DNA of 64,000 nucleotides from Patescibacteria group bacterium (GCA_013816135.1 JACDEV010000001.1:28994-92993), one strand, 5' to 3'. Shown: positions 1 to 9,812, numbered from the stretch's first letter. Translations and numbers: made by a program. Notes: generated by a model from the letters alone, not told the origin.

Positions 1-871
1 GTTCATGTTTCAAAAGAATAGATGGCTTTTGACGATCAATTACTAGCCTTGTAAGTATCTCCGCAAAATTTTCCTTTTTAACTGCGTTACTATAATCAAC
101 ACCAACAATCTGAAGTCCTTCGAGATCTTTCATCTCATCCATTAGTACACTTACCCCACTTGCTTTAACTGCTGTAATGAATGCCTCACTGTGACCAGCC
201 ATCTCTTCATGGTTTCCTGTAATATAATACGTACCAAATATCGAGACAATATCTTTCAGAGATTCGCTTAATTTAATTAAGTCTGGCGCGCTAGTACCGT
301 CGAAAAGATCTCCGCCAATAAATACAATGTGTGCTGAAAGTTCATTTACATTATTTACCACTTTTCTTAAGTAATTTTCACCATGAAGCTGTCCTAGGTG
401 CAGATCACTTATCCAAACAGCTTTTCTGTTTTCCCATGCTGCAGGTAAATTTGGTAACATTACTTCTACTTCGCTTACAATGAGTCTCTTAGCATGAAAA
501 ATCCCATATGTTGTGGTTGCTAAAGCGATTAATATAAACAGCTCTCCAATACGACTTACAGAATAACCAGAAATACCAGCAAAGGCGCTGTAGACAACAG
601 AAGCCATAAACAAATAACAAAAATAACCCATCCAAACTGCAGTGACAGAGTAATACAATCGTGTAAATCTATTATAATAATATCCACCAAAAATGATAGA
701 TAACACAAAACTTAAAGACAAAATGCTCAATCCAAGGGCTAAATAAAGCTTTGGGTAAAAAGAGATTATATTAAACATCAAAATCCAAGCTTGAAAAACA
801 ACAAAATTTCCGAGAAACAAAAAACTGAACACTATAGCCATAAAAACAAAAAATGATTGGCGTTTAGTCAT
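1..871 (-). CDS. Membrane-anchored metallophosphoesterase (calcineurin-like), runs off the window start
   Basis: Manual translation from ATG at 871 (MTKRQS): hydrophobic N-terminus, then SDLHLG, GGDLFD and GNHE motifs. Not in the ORF track. Confidence 0.85.
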   Translation of the reverse strand, partial: MTKRQSFFVFMAIVFSFLFLGNFVVFQAWILMFNIISFYPKLYLALGLSILSLSFVLSIIFGGYYYNRFTRLYYSVTAVWMGYFCYLFMASVVYSAFAGISGYSVSRIGELFILIALATTTYGIFHAKRLIVSEVEVMLPNLPAAWENRKAVWISDLHLGQLHGENYLRKVVNNVNELSAHIVFIGGDLFDGTSAPDLIKLSESLKDIVSIFGTYYITGNHEEMAGHSEAFITAVKASGVSVLMDEMKDLEGLQIVGVDYSNAVKKENFAEILTRLVIDRQKPSILLKHE

Positions 872-972
872 TAGATTGAATTAGAAAATACATATAATCT
901 TATTAATGTAGCATTTTTTAAACAAAAAAGAAGCTTTTTTAGCTTCTTTTTTTAATCAACTTATAAAGTTAA

Positions 973-1569
973 TTATTGAAATCTTTTTGCTACCCATCCA
1001 AACAAACTGAATTCGTTTTCATTTGAATCCACAAATGTTTCTATTCGTGCTTCGTCATTTTCCATTACTTTTATTTCAGTTTCTAACTCAACCTTACTCT
1101 CTGCCTTAATTTTTTGCTTTGAAAGTACTTTTAATTTATTGATTCTGTTTCCAGTCTTTACCAATTCGCTTCGTAATAATGCTGTATTCTTGAAATCAGT
1201 TCCAATTAGAAATGTCTTGAAAGCACTTCTTTCTTCTATCTTACTCATTGCTTCTACTGTAGTGGAAGCTGAATCATTTTGTTCCTGAGCAATTACTCTA
1301 ACTTGGCTACCTATTCCTCCCTCTCTACCTGCTACAGCGAGTAAACCTTTAACAAAAACCGATACTGCACTTCTGTGAGTAGATTCTGTGGTACTAGAAA
1401 GACCCATGTCTTCACCAGTTTCAGCTTTTGTATTTAATTCCATTTGTGAATCATTTTTACTTGTTTGAGCTGAAACATTCACACTACTTTCTAATGCTAA
1501 TACAGGCGAATACATACCGGCTAATAATAATAATGCCGCACCTTGGAAAACAAATTTATTTTTAATCAT
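973..1569 (-). CDS. Secreted hypothetical protein
   Basis: 198 aa ORF with signal peptide-like N-terminus (AALLLLAGMYSPVLA) and helical C-terminus. Confidence 0.75.
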   Translation of the reverse strand: MIKNKFVFQGAALLLLAGMYSPVLALESSVNVSAQTSKNDSQMELNTKAETGEDMGLSSTTESTHRSAVSVFVKGLLAVAGREGGIGSQVRVIAQEQNDSASTTVEAMSKIEERSAFKTFLIGTDFKNTALLRSELVKTGNRINKLKVLSKQKIKAESKVELETEIKVMENDEARIETFVDSNENEFSLFGWVAKRFQ

Positions 1570-1667
1570 ATAAATATTATCTCACTTATTTATTTCCTTG
1601 TATAGGCTAGTTAATAACAGAAATTTAATTTTTGACCTTTTAATTAAAAAGTACCGTTTTCGTTATC

Positions 1668-1732
1668 TTGACCTATATAGCTTTATTACGTAGATTGAAA
1701 CTAGAACACTCAAGTTCTTCGACATTGGAGGT
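1668..1732 (+). promoter_or_regulatory. Sigma70-like promoter and SD of the AAA-CYTH gene
   Basis: TTGACC(1668)-N17-TAGATT(1691); GGAGGT just before the GTG at 1736. Confidence 0.6.
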
Positions 1733-1735
1733 AGT

Positions 1736-2839
1736 GTGCTTCAACGACACATTCCGGTTCTGGTGCTTACTGGCGGTCCTTGCGGAGGAAAAACTACAGT
1801 TCTGAGTTTCTTGCAACAAAAACTGACAGATCTAGGGTTTTACGTCATCACGGTGAGTGAAGCTGCAACGGAATTCATTCTTTCGGGACTCAAACCGGGA
1901 GTGTTGAAAATACCTGTTTTCCAGCGCCAGATCTTGAAGTACATCATCGAAAAAGAGAACAGATGGAAAACAGCAGCTGAACTCATGTTAATTGAGAAAA
2001 TAGTTATAATCTGTGACCGTGGAGTCGCTGATGCAGCTGCTTACACTTCCCCACACGAATTTGACATGATGCTGGGAAATCTTGGCTACAACATCGTCGA
2101 GCTTCGAGACAAGCGCTATGACGCTGTGATCTTCCTTCGGTCGGTTGCAGTGGATGCTCCCGATGTTTACACATGTCTCAACAACAATGCGAGAAGAGAA
2201 AGTGTTGAAGAAGCATGCACACTCGATGCTCGAACACTGGAAGCTTGGACAGGTCATCCGCATTTGCGAGTGATCGATAACAGCACAGGTATCGAAGAAA
2301 AGTGTGCTCGTGTTCTACAGAGTGCTTGTCGTGTGCTTGGAATTCCTGCTCCACTGGAGATTGAGCGCAAGTATCTTGTCTCTCAATGCGACCTGAACTT
2401 GCTTCCAAGACCGGTTCAACAGGTAAACATTGTTCAGTACTACCTTCAAAGCGAGAAAGAAGGCGATGTGGAAAGAATCAGGGCACGCGGACAAAGTGGT
2501 GGACACACTTACTACCATACGATAAAGCAATTTGTCCGTCCTGGCGTACGAAACGAAGTCGAACGCCAGATCACGAGAGATGAGTACTTCACTTTTCTCA
2601 AGCGAGCTGATCCTTCTTTCGGAAAGATCGATAAGACAAGATACTGTTTTGTCTGGGAAAATCAGTACTTCGAACTCGATTCTTTCCGAAATCCTCCAGG
2701 TCTAACACTTCTCGAGCTGGAACTAACGGAAGAGCACGACAAGTTCACCTTGCCTGACTTCCTTCAGGGTTATCTAACTGATGTTACGGATGACCCTCAA
2801 TTCAGTAACTATGAGATTGCAAGAAGGATTGCTTCATAA
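1736..2839 (+). CDS. NadR/Ttd14-like P-loop kinase (AAA_28) fused to a C-terminal CYTH domain
   Basis: Walker A GGPCGGKT, CDRG motif, NNARRE; CYTH signature EIERKYL and LLELEL. Confidence 0.85.
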   Translation: MLQRHIPVLVLTGGPCGGKTTVLSFLQQKLTDLGFYVITVSEAATEFILSGLKPGVLKIPVFQRQILKYIIEKENRWKTAAELMLIEKIVIICDRGVADAAAYTSPHEFDMMLGNLGYNIVELRDKRYDAVIFLRSVAVDAPDVYTCLNNNARRESVEEACTLDARTLEAWTGHPHLRVIDNSTGIEEKCARVLQSACRVLGIPAPLEIERKYLVSQCDLNLLPRPVQQVNIVQYYLQSEKEGDVERIRARGQSGGHTYYHTIKQFVRPGVRNEVERQITRDEYFTFLKRADPSFGKIDKTRYCFVWENQYFELDSFRNPPGLTLLELELTEEHDKFTLPDFLQGYLTDVTDDPQFSNYEIARRIAS

Positions 2840-2854
2840 GATTCGGAAACGCCT

Positions 2855-2884
2855 TAGGCCTGCATTCGCAAGAGTGCAGGCCTA
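2855..2884 (+). terminator. Intrinsic terminator
   Basis: taggcctgcattc-gcaa-gagtgcaggccta followed by a T-run. Confidence 0.75.
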
Positions 2885-2887
2885 TTT

Positions 2888-3484
2888 TTAATCACTTTTC
2901 TCAAATAAGAATTGTAAATATGTTTTTGCTTTAACAGAAAGTTTCTCAAAATAGATTTCTTTGAAACCGCAATCACTTAAAATATCCTCTACTTCTTTCT
3001 TTTGAAAATAGGTAAATAATCTAGGAGAGTCTTCTCCCATACTTAGCCGAATCTCCTCTCCTTCACCCTCAATTAATCCTAGACCAAAAATTCCTTTATC
3101 CTTAAGTACTCTCTTAATCTCATTTATTGCTACTTTTATTTCGTTCTTATGAATATGCAAAAGAGAGGTATATGCCCACACCCCGTCAAAACTTTTATCT
3201 TCAAATGGAAGGCTTAAAAAATTGCCCACTACAGAATCAAACCCTCGAGATTTACTTATCTTAACCATAGACTCTGAAGCATCAAGACATATAACATCTA
3301 AGGCATTATCTGTAAAAATCTTTGCATCTCTTCCAGAACCGCTTCCAATATCCAGAACTTTCCCTTTTACTAATTTAGTAAATTCATTAGTAAAAGGCGA
3401 TGGGAACCTTTCCCAAAAATCGTCTGTTTCGAGAGTATATTCGTCAGCTTTATTATTATAAGTTTTTATTGTTGTTTCATCCAT
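2888..3484 (-). CDS. Class I SAM-dependent methyltransferase
   Basis: VLDIGSGSGRD, CLDAS, FDGVWAYTSLLH. Confidence 0.9.
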   Translation of the reverse strand: MDETTIKTYNNKADEYTLETDDFWERFPSPFTNEFTKLVKGKVLDIGSGSGRDAKIFTDNALDVICLDASESMVKISKSRGFDSVVGNFLSLPFEDKSFDGVWAYTSLLHIHKNEIKVAINEIKRVLKDKGIFGLGLIEGEGEEIRLSMGEDSPRLFTYFQKKEVEDILSDCGFKEIYFEKLSVKAKTYLQFLFEKSD

Positions 3485-3513
3485 ATAATTTAAAGTTAAA
3501 CATAATCAGTCGA

Positions 3514-3885
3514 TTATTTCGTTAGGCATTCCTTATATGTCTGAAAATTAGAATCTCCTTCGGTTATAAAAGCCGCAACACCTTTATTCCAAAATACTAC
3601 TGATTCATCAGCGTTTGCATAACGTGCACCTGAACCAGATATAGTCTGAGGTAAATACAAACTTCCTAATTTTTTTGTATTTATATGGACAAAATTCTTA
3701 TAAAATTCGGCATCAATGGATTTTCCGTCCGCACAAACAAATTTTGCTACTGAAATACTGTTCCCTAAAACAGACTTATTTTCATATTTTCTCCCAACTG
3801 CAAACCCAATAAAATATACAACTAAAAAAAGTAATATTGCTACAACCTGCGAAACTCGTGTGACTTGATTCCATTCTATTTTCAT
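3514..3885 (-). CDS. MliC family (lysozyme inhibitor-like) membrane protein
   Basis: N-terminal TM; F-x-C, SGSGARY, FWNKG and terminal Cys. Confidence 0.85.
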   Translation of the reverse strand: MKIEWNQVTRVSQVVAILLFLVVYFIGFAVGRKYENKSVLGNSISVAKFVCADGKSIDAEFYKNFVHINTKKLGSLYLPQTISGSGARYANADESVVFWNKGVAAFITEGDSNFQTYKECLTK

Positions 3886-3906
3886 ATTATTAAATTTACC
3901 TTATAT

Positions 3907-3939
3907 AAAAGAAAACTGCCAACCTCTGGGGTTGGCAGT
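3907..3939 (-). terminator. Intrinsic terminator of the histidine phosphatase gene
   Basis: actgccaacc/ggttggcagt stem with an adjacent A-rich run on the + strand. Confidence 0.65.
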
Positions 3940-3960
3940 CCTTTGATGTGACAGTCGTAT

Positions 3961-4437
3961 TTAGAAGGTGCTTGTTGGGTGGATGTCCTCGACCTTACCA
4001 GTCTCGACATTAACCAGCCGAGCTGTCCCCTTGGGAGTGTCGTAACTTTTTTGAATCTGGAATCCATGTTTCTTTCCCCAGATCGTAGGGAATTGGTCGA
4101 TGAATTCCATGTGGGTAGAAAGAATGACGACATCGTGAGTCGACCCATTCTCTTCCAAAAGACGAAAGGTTTCTTCCACTTGCTCGGAATCGAGATTGTA
4201 CCCTCCCGAAAAAAGGCACTCATGTTCTTCGAAGGTAATGCCACCAAGACCAGCTGCAAGAATCACCGAAGTTTCTTTTGCTCGAGTTGCAGTCGAAGAT
4301 AGTAAAGCAATGGATGATTGATGAAGCTGGATGGCCAATGCCGTAGCCAACTCGGCCACTTGTCGCCGTCCTTCAGCCGTTAGGCTCTTTTCAGCGTATT
4401 TACCATGTCGCACAACAATAAGCTTTTTCAATGCCAT
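3961..4437 (-). CDS. Histidine phosphatase (SixA-like)
   Basis: VVRHG, LT-x-EG, SS-x-A-x-RA-x-ET, STH; own promoter TTGACA-N17-TAAAGT and SD AAAGGA. Confidence 0.85.
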   Translation of the reverse strand: MALKKLIVVRHGKYAEKSLTAEGRRQVAELATALAIQLHQSSIALLSSTATRAKETSVILAAGLGGITFEEHECLFSGGYNLDSEQVEETFRLLEENGSTHDVVILSTHMEFIDQFPTIWGKKHGFQIQKSYDTPKGTARLVNVETGKVEDIHPTSTF

Positions 4438-4532
4438 ATCATTTTCCTTTCTAAAACTACTTTAGTTAATTATGGTGCAGATGTCAATTTAAATATATTT
4501 TATCTTGTCTCTTTTATTCTTTATTTTTAAAT

Positions 4533-5090
4533 AAAAAAACACCCTCGATGGCATCTTGTGCGTCGAAGGCGGTTCTAAGTTAGCCGAAGCTATCTTATTG
4601 TATAAAGATCTTTCGCGTAGATCAGGGGGTGGGTGATCCCGACACAATTTGTAAGTCTGGCTGTTACACCATTCTAACTTGTTGCTACGGTCTCCCCAGC
4701 TCCCTGATGCTAGCATCCATTGGCCGTTCTTTTGGAACTTCCTAAGATATCCTTTTTCTTCGTGTGGTTTAGAATTTCACCACTTAAGATCCCAGGATGG
4801 GAATTGACTTATCTAGCCTTCTGTTTGAGTCTTAAAACTCGATTGCGGTTATTTCCTGTCCGCGATCCAGACGACGTTTGCGTCTACCAGAACCTCTTTG
4901 GATTTGGAGGTTAGCCCAGTAGAAACAATGTTTCGTTAAGTCAATGTACTTAGGACTGCTCATTTCAGATAAACCTTTACGGTTCACCCTTCGAGAAGGA
5001 TCACTCCTTCACTGAGTTATTGGCTTTTAACCTGAAAGTGGGAATTCCTCCCGCTTTCTAATCAGACAGTCTTTCAATACCTTTCTGATA
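4533..5090 (-). ncRNA. Candidate large structured ncRNA (~550 nt), family not identified
   Basis: No credible ORF. TGGACA(5121)-N16-TAGAGT promoter, many hairpins including a c(UUCG)g loop on the minus strand, long-range pairings, and a terminal hairpin with U-tract. Confidence 0.65.
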
Positions 5091-5195
5091 ACCACTCTAT
5101 ACCTAAAAAAATAAATGTCCACTGTACAAAGTGGATAAACTGTGGAGAAGAATAATACGGTTTTTAGATCAAAAAAACTTTAAATAACCATTTTC

Positions 5196-6071
5196 TTACT
5201 CGGTCCCAACTATATAGCAAACTCTTTGTAGCGGTTTGTAGTTCGAAATAAACACATCTTCTTTTTGTATTCCGTTTGGATATAAAACATTATATGTAAC
5301 CTCAGCGGTATAACCAATCTGTGGAGTGTTGATACATTCTGGTTTGTCTGCTTCTCTTGTAGCTACATTTATATATTTAGTAGGTGGAAAATCAATCACG
5401 TTAGTTATATTTACGTCACTAGTGTTAGCCACTCGACCATCACTTGTTCCATATATTTCAAAAATTGCGTTTTTGTTTTCTGTTTTTCCGCGTATCACGA
5501 TAGGTTTCAGTGTATCGTTTTTAAATTTCAAATCCGGACCAGGATCAGAATAGGTAGCATCAAGTCCTACGTCGTACTTCGCAACAGTAAACGTGTGATT
5601 GTGTCGTTCTGTGATTGGTAGACCAGCTTGGAGCAGACTTCGAAACAATACTGTCGATACTTGGCAGAGTCCACCACCGATACCAGTAGTTACCTCACCA
5701 TTTAAAAAAACTTTTTGTTCAGTAAAACCGTCCTGGGCTCTTACAAGACCAAGAGATTTGGTAAATGAAAATTCCTCCCCTGGTTGTACCACCGTACCAT
5801 TAATACGTGCGACACCAATCTCAATGTTTCGATGTCGTCCTACAGTACCACCTGCATATGACAAGGATGCACGCCCCAACAAGTCTGGAGCTGGAAGTTT
5901 TTCGGAAATTTTTACTGGTGTTGTAGTCGCATCCAGAACAGACTCTATTTTTGAGACAGAATTACTACGCAAAAAAATGTACAGTACCAATCCAAGTATT
6001 AAGAATGCCACAATAGAAGCGATGGTTACATTTCGAACCAACAACTTTCTTTTTTTGTGACGTGATGTCAT
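5196..6071 (-). CDS. VanW family protein
   Basis: N-terminal TM; PGEEFSF, GGGLCQVSTVLF, ERHNH, GLDAT, DLKFKN. Confidence 0.9.
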   Translation of the reverse strand: MTSRHKKRKLLVRNVTIASIVAFLILGLVLYIFLRSNSVSKIESVLDATTTPVKISEKLPAPDLLGRASLSYAGGTVGRHRNIEIGVARINGTVVQPGEEFSFTKSLGLVRAQDGFTEQKVFLNGEVTTGIGGGLCQVSTVLFRSLLQAGLPITERHNHTFTVAKYDVGLDATYSDPGPDLKFKNDTLKPIVIRGKTENKNAIFEIYGTSDGRVANTSDVNITNVIDFPPTKYINVATREADKPECINTPQIGYTAEVTYNVLYPNGIQKEDVFISNYKPLQRVCYIVGTE

Positions 6072-6086
6072 GAAGTAAGTATACTA

Positions 6087-6893
6087 TCAAATGTAAATTT
6101 TGGTTTGTTCCTCTAACCACATCCCTAAATTATTACAAACTTTTTTTATTATTTCTAAATCATCTGTCGGATTTAGCACAAGATACAAAGCTTCTTTCAT
6201 TTCTGGTTCTTTTTCCGGATAATACTCAGAGAAAATTTTATAACTCGGATATAAGTCTCTGGTATACAATCCCGCACGTTCCATTGTTAATTCAATACCA
6301 GTTCGGATAAATCTTTTCATTATCCATGCACAAGTATTTTTTATACTTTCACTCTCATGTGGCTTTAAAATCCACTCATCAATATATTTTAAATTTTTTC
6401 CTAAAGAATACACGTGACCCAATGTTTCTTTGCCAACTTTTATTTTTGACATTGATTTATTAAGGTCATCACCATACAAACAGGCACTTTGTAAAATATA
6501 AAGTCTATTTTTATCTGCATCCTCTATTGGATTAACTTCTAATTCAATATCTTGAACAAAAGGATATTTGACTTGAAGTTCTTTATCACATGAACTTATC
6601 CAATCTTTGTCTATTTCCCTTTTTTGCAAAGAAACATATGCAAACGTATCTACATCTGATATGCCTTGAACTGCATTTCCTTTCCCCACTGATCCTCTAA
6701 CATATACACTGTGTAACTTATCTTTGTATTGAACTTTGTATGCATTAACAATATCTTCTACAATAGGTTTCCATTCATCCTGGATTTTTTCTGGAGATGC
6801 AGGATTTGCGAGAAAGCCTTCTTTATCTTTTTCAAAGTATGACCCAATTTCTCGAATAGGTATTTCTTTATTATTCTCTAAATTTTCGGACAT
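6087..6893 (-). CDS. Pol-beta-superfamily nucleotidyltransferase
   Basis: VYVRGSVGKG...SDVD catalytic signature. Confidence 0.8.
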   Translation of the reverse strand: MSENLENNKEIPIREIGSYFEKDKEGFLANPASPEKIQDEWKPIVEDIVNAYKVQYKDKLHSVYVRGSVGKGNAVQGISDVDTFAYVSLQKREIDKDWISSCDKELQVKYPFVQDIELEVNPIEDADKNRLYILQSACLYGDDLNKSMSKIKVGKETLGHVYSLGKNLKYIDEWILKPHESESIKNTCAWIMKRFIRTGIELTMERAGLYTRDLYPSYKIFSEYYPEKEPEMKEALYLVLNPTDDLEIIKKVCNNLGMWLEEQTKIYI

Positions 6894-6899
6894 AATTTA

Positions 6900-7457
6900 T
6901 TATGATTCTATAATTGCGTTTAACGCATCGAGACATTGTAGTAATTGTGTCCATCCACTTGAGCCATTTAGATGTCCACCATTTTCAACAACAACAAGAT
7001 TTGCATTTAATTCTCTGGAAAAAGTTTTAGCATTATCTAATGGAACATTTGGATCATTGTCACCATGAATAACAGTAAAAGCATCGCATTTGGATTTTAT
7101 AGTTTCAAAATCAAATGGTGTTTCCAAAAAACTATCTATTTTTCTATTATTATTCTTTTCTGAAGGTCCAGAAACAAGTATTGCACCTTTGATAGTAAAT
7201 GCATCAGATTTTTCTAAGTATCGCAAAATTGCTGGAACACCAAGAGAATGTCCAACAAGGTATACGTCGTCGTTTTTATTTATTTCTACAAATCTAGAAA
7301 TCTCCTCCACCCATTCTGAGCAAACTGGTTCAATTGGTTTAGGCATTGATAACGAACAAGCATAAATATCTTGCTTTTCGAGTTCAGCCATTAGCCAAGG
7401 TCTCCATCCCCCGTTTGGACTTCCTTGAAAACCATGAATGATGAAGACTTTTGGCAT
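6900..7457 (-). CDS. RBBP9/YdeN family alpha/beta hydrolase
   Basis: IIHGF, GHSLG nucleophile elbow, DND, GGH. Confidence 0.9.
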   Translation of the reverse strand: MPKVFIIHGFQGSPNGGWRPWLMAELEKQDIYACSLSMPKPIEPVCSEWVEEISRFVEINKNDDVYLVGHSLGVPAILRYLEKSDAFTIKGAILVSGPSEKNNNRKIDSFLETPFDFETIKSKCDAFTVIHGDNDPNVPLDNAKTFSRELNANLVVVENGGHLNGSSGWTQLLQCLDALNAIIES

Positions 7458-7469
7458 GGTGTTAAATAC

Positions 7470-7982
7470 CTAATGCTTCTCCGTTAAGATTTTTCCGGCC
7501 TCATTTATAAAAGTAGAATCTCTTGTCACCATATAAGTTGCTTCATATACATTCATAGGGCTTTCTGATAATTTCTTTTTAGCTTCTTCAAAAGGTAGCC
7601 AAACTTGTACAAACCCTTCGCTAATTTCATTATCTGTTAATTCTGGAGTCTTTTTTTCACCAACAACTTTTGCTAAATAACAATAAGATATTTGCTTCAG
7701 ATTTTGTTGTGATCTGTATTCAACAATCAAACCAATTTCTTTCCCCACATCAACATTTGATCCTATCTCTTCCAAGCATTCTCTTTTTAAGGCATCTATC
7801 TGATCTTCTCCAGAGTCTATGCCTCCACCAGGTAGTTTATAGTAATCATTTTTTGTTGCATGAAGTATTCCAACTAAATTGTCTTTATCAAAAACAATAG
7901 CTCTAACCGCTTCACGTTTTCTATATCCATTTGCCACTTCCTCAGTAACGTTTTCGTGATTAATGAGCTTAAGGTGTTGCAT
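7470..7982 (-). CDS. NUDIX hydrolase
   Basis: Nudix box GGGIDSGEDQIDALKRECLEEIG. Confidence 0.9.
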   Translation of the reverse strand: MQHLKLINHENVTEEVANGYRKREAVRAIVFDKDNLVGILHATKNDYYKLPGGGIDSGEDQIDALKRECLEEIGSNVDVGKEIGLIVEYRSQQNLKQISYCYLAKVVGEKKTPELTDNEISEGFVQVWLPFEEAKKKLSESPMNVYEATYMVTRDSTFINEAGKILTEKH

Positions 7983-8016
7983 AATGATATTATATAAATT
8001 TATTACTTAGAATAAA

Positions 8017-8146
8017 GGGAATCTTTCCTTACAGGAACGGTACACCTTTTCTGTTTTACTTAGTAAAACTATCAAAGGTCTTCGATTCCCTACGCAGAGT
8101 CTCCCAGACTCTGCTGTCTCCCAATAAAGCTTAAGCTTTATTTTTG
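8017..8146 (-). repeat. tRNA-Gln 3' trailer element (antisense and sense copies of the tRNA 3' end)
   Basis: Minus strand tgggagaca-[gcagagtct ggg agactctgc]-gt-agggaatcgaa is complementary to the tRNA T-arm and acceptor; ends tcctgtaagga-aa-gattccc. Confidence 0.8.
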
Positions 8147-8217
8147 CTGGGAGACAGGGAATCGAACCCCGATTAAAGGCTTCAAAGGCCTCTGTCCTAC
8201 CGTTAGACGATCTCCCA
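8147..8217 (-). tRNA. tRNA-Gln(TTG)
   Basis: Cloverleaf tgggaga/tctccca, anticodon loop ctTTGaa, GGTTCGATTCC. Confidence 0.95.
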
Positions 8218-8265
8218 ATATCTATTTAAAACAGCTTTCATATTAGCACTTTCTTCATTTTTTAC

Positions 8266-8297
8266 AAAAAAAAGTGAGTGGCCCGAAGACCACTCAC
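8266..8297 (-). terminator. Intrinsic terminator
   Basis: gtgagtgg/ccactcac stem, cUUCGg loop and T8 run on the minus strand. Confidence 0.75.
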
Positions 8298-8317
8298 CAA
8301 CATCAGAGAATCGATGT

Positions 8318-8755
8318 TTACGAAAAGATCGCGTAGATGTAGTACGGTGCCATCATGCCTGCAAGCATAACGGTACCGAACGTCAGAGCGCCAGCAAATC
8401 TTGTCGCTCCGTTTCTGTACATCACCCTCGCGATAAGTGCGGAAAGCACAATGAGCCCAACCGCATACCACGAGTAGAGGAACCATTCCCCTGCCACGAG
8501 CAGGTTGTAGTACGGTTCCACATATAGGGGCTTCAGATTGCCCAAGATGTACAGGATTACGAAGCTGACGCAGACGAGAAGTGTCATCATGGCAATCGGA
8601 TGACGAACGAGCCATGGACGATCGTCGTAATGGGAACTCCTCGACTTCTGTTGTTGACCAATAATCCAGTAGTGGAAGGTCAACCAGATGCCGAAGATCG
8701 CCATGAGGTACTTCGTACCCCAGTAAACAAGCGGTAACGTCGCTGGTAATTCCAT
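8318..8755 (-). CDS. Orphan integral membrane protein (~4 TM)
   Basis: Hydrophobic 145 aa ORF; TTGACA-N17-TATTCT promoter, SD GGAGGG, own terminator. Confidence 0.75.
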   Translation of the reverse strand: MELPATLPLVYWGTKYLMAIFGIWLTFHYWIIGQQQKSRSSHYDDRPWLVRHPIAMMTLLVCVSFVILYILGNLKPLYVEPYYNLLVAGEWFLYSWYAVGLIVLSALIARVMYRNGATRFAGALTFGTVMLAGMMAPYYIYAIFS

Positions 8756-8948
8756 TTGTGGGCCCTCCAGAGCCTCTGAAAATTAGAATAGCTAAGAAAT
8801 CTATTGCTGTCAAAACAAAGTTTATACAAATTTATTAATCATTCAATAATTTTTTTGTAATTTTTCTCATCTACATATAGTATAAAGAAGTATTAAAATT
8901 AACATTTTAAATCCAGGTTTCTAATAATTCATTAACTTATTAATAAAA

Positions 8949-9419
8949 ATGAACGAATTTACTGCAAAGAAGTTAGGCGAGGTTTTGGCTTTCGCAAAAG
9001 TAGGCCAAGAAACTTTGGAAAAAGGTCAGTCTGCCCTATCGTCAGTTTTAGGTGAAGATGAAGTTGAAAAGATGACTTCTGCTTGTGAAGAACATCAGGA
9101 AGTTATCATGAGCTTAGCAAAAGCTGAAAACGTAGAAGAAGTAGTAACAAAGAAAATGGAAGCTACTAGCGAAAAGCTTCGAAAGATGCGAGACCTATAT
9201 GTCGGTGAGCAATGGGACAATCCAACGGAGCTTCTTGAGTGGTCAGGATTTTTTGAAGGAGCGGCTTTGGTGCATTGGTCACTGGTCAAAGGAGCGGGAG
9301 AAGCAAAAAATGACCCAAAGCTTGTTGACCTTGCAAAGATTGGTTTTGACTTCCACCAGAAGTTTCTAGATAAAGCCACAACCTTGCTACACAACGTAGG
9401 AAAAACCAAAGGAATATAA
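8949..9419 (+). CDS. Hypothetical protein, probable ferritin-like four-helix fold
   Basis: All-helical 156 aa with E-x-x-H-like motifs (EEH, FEG..H); fold is inferred. Confidence 0.65.
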   Translation: MNEFTAKKLGEVLAFAKVGQETLEKGQSALSSVLGEDEVEKMTSACEEHQEVIMSLAKAENVEEVVTKKMEATSEKLRKMRDLYVGEQWDNPTELLEWSGFFEGAALVHWSLVKGAGEAKNDPKLVDLAKIGFDFHQKFLDKATTLLHNVGKTKGI

Positions 9420-9456
9420 AAATAAGTTAAAATAATTAAAATTAACTAATAAAAAA

Positions 9457-9750
9457 ATGATTATAGTACACGACACTTTTGTTTGTAAACCAGGTAATGC
9501 GTCAAAATACGCTAAGATTTTTAAAGAAGTTATGGGTGGAGAAGAAAATGTTCTTAATGTGTTGACAGATATGACAGGGCAGTATCATCGAATAATAATG
9601 GTAAGCACTTATGAAAATCTCGCTGATTTTGAAAAATCATTTGAAAAGTATAATAATCCAACTCCAGAGATGACTGAAGCTATGAATAAAATGAAAGACT
9701 TTTCAGAAATGTATACAACGGGTTCAAGAGAGATCTTTAAGGTTTGGTAA
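9457..9750 (+). CDS. Hypothetical protein (NIPSNAP/dimeric alpha-beta barrel-like)
   Basis: 97 aa; KPG, LTD-x-TG, YENLADFE pattern. Confidence 0.6.
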   Translation: MIIVHDTFVCKPGNASKYAKIFKEVMGGEENVLNVLTDMTGQYHRIIMVSTYENLADFEKSFEKYNNPTPEMTEAMNKMKDFSEMYTTGSREIFKVW

Positions 9751-9812
9751 TAGAAGGACTCTTTTCTTTTTTTTAATTTATGGTATAGTTAAGAAAGAAA
9801 AGGAGTGAGTAA

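Noticed and set aside
4533-5090. RNase P RNA, tmRNA or group I/II intron identity for the large RNA
   Set aside because: No GAGGAAAGUCC P4 motif, no tRNA-like ends or tag ORF, no interrupted host gene and no domain V recognised by eye; a covariance search is still needed.
5131-5148. DnaA boxes or replication origin (gtggataa, tgtggaga; also ~46647)
   Set aside because: Only isolated, imperfect matches, with no cluster and no dnaA or dnaN nearby.
8242-8262. CIRCE operator (ttagcact)
   Set aside because: Only a half-site is present and it is not upstream of clpB or another chaperone gene.
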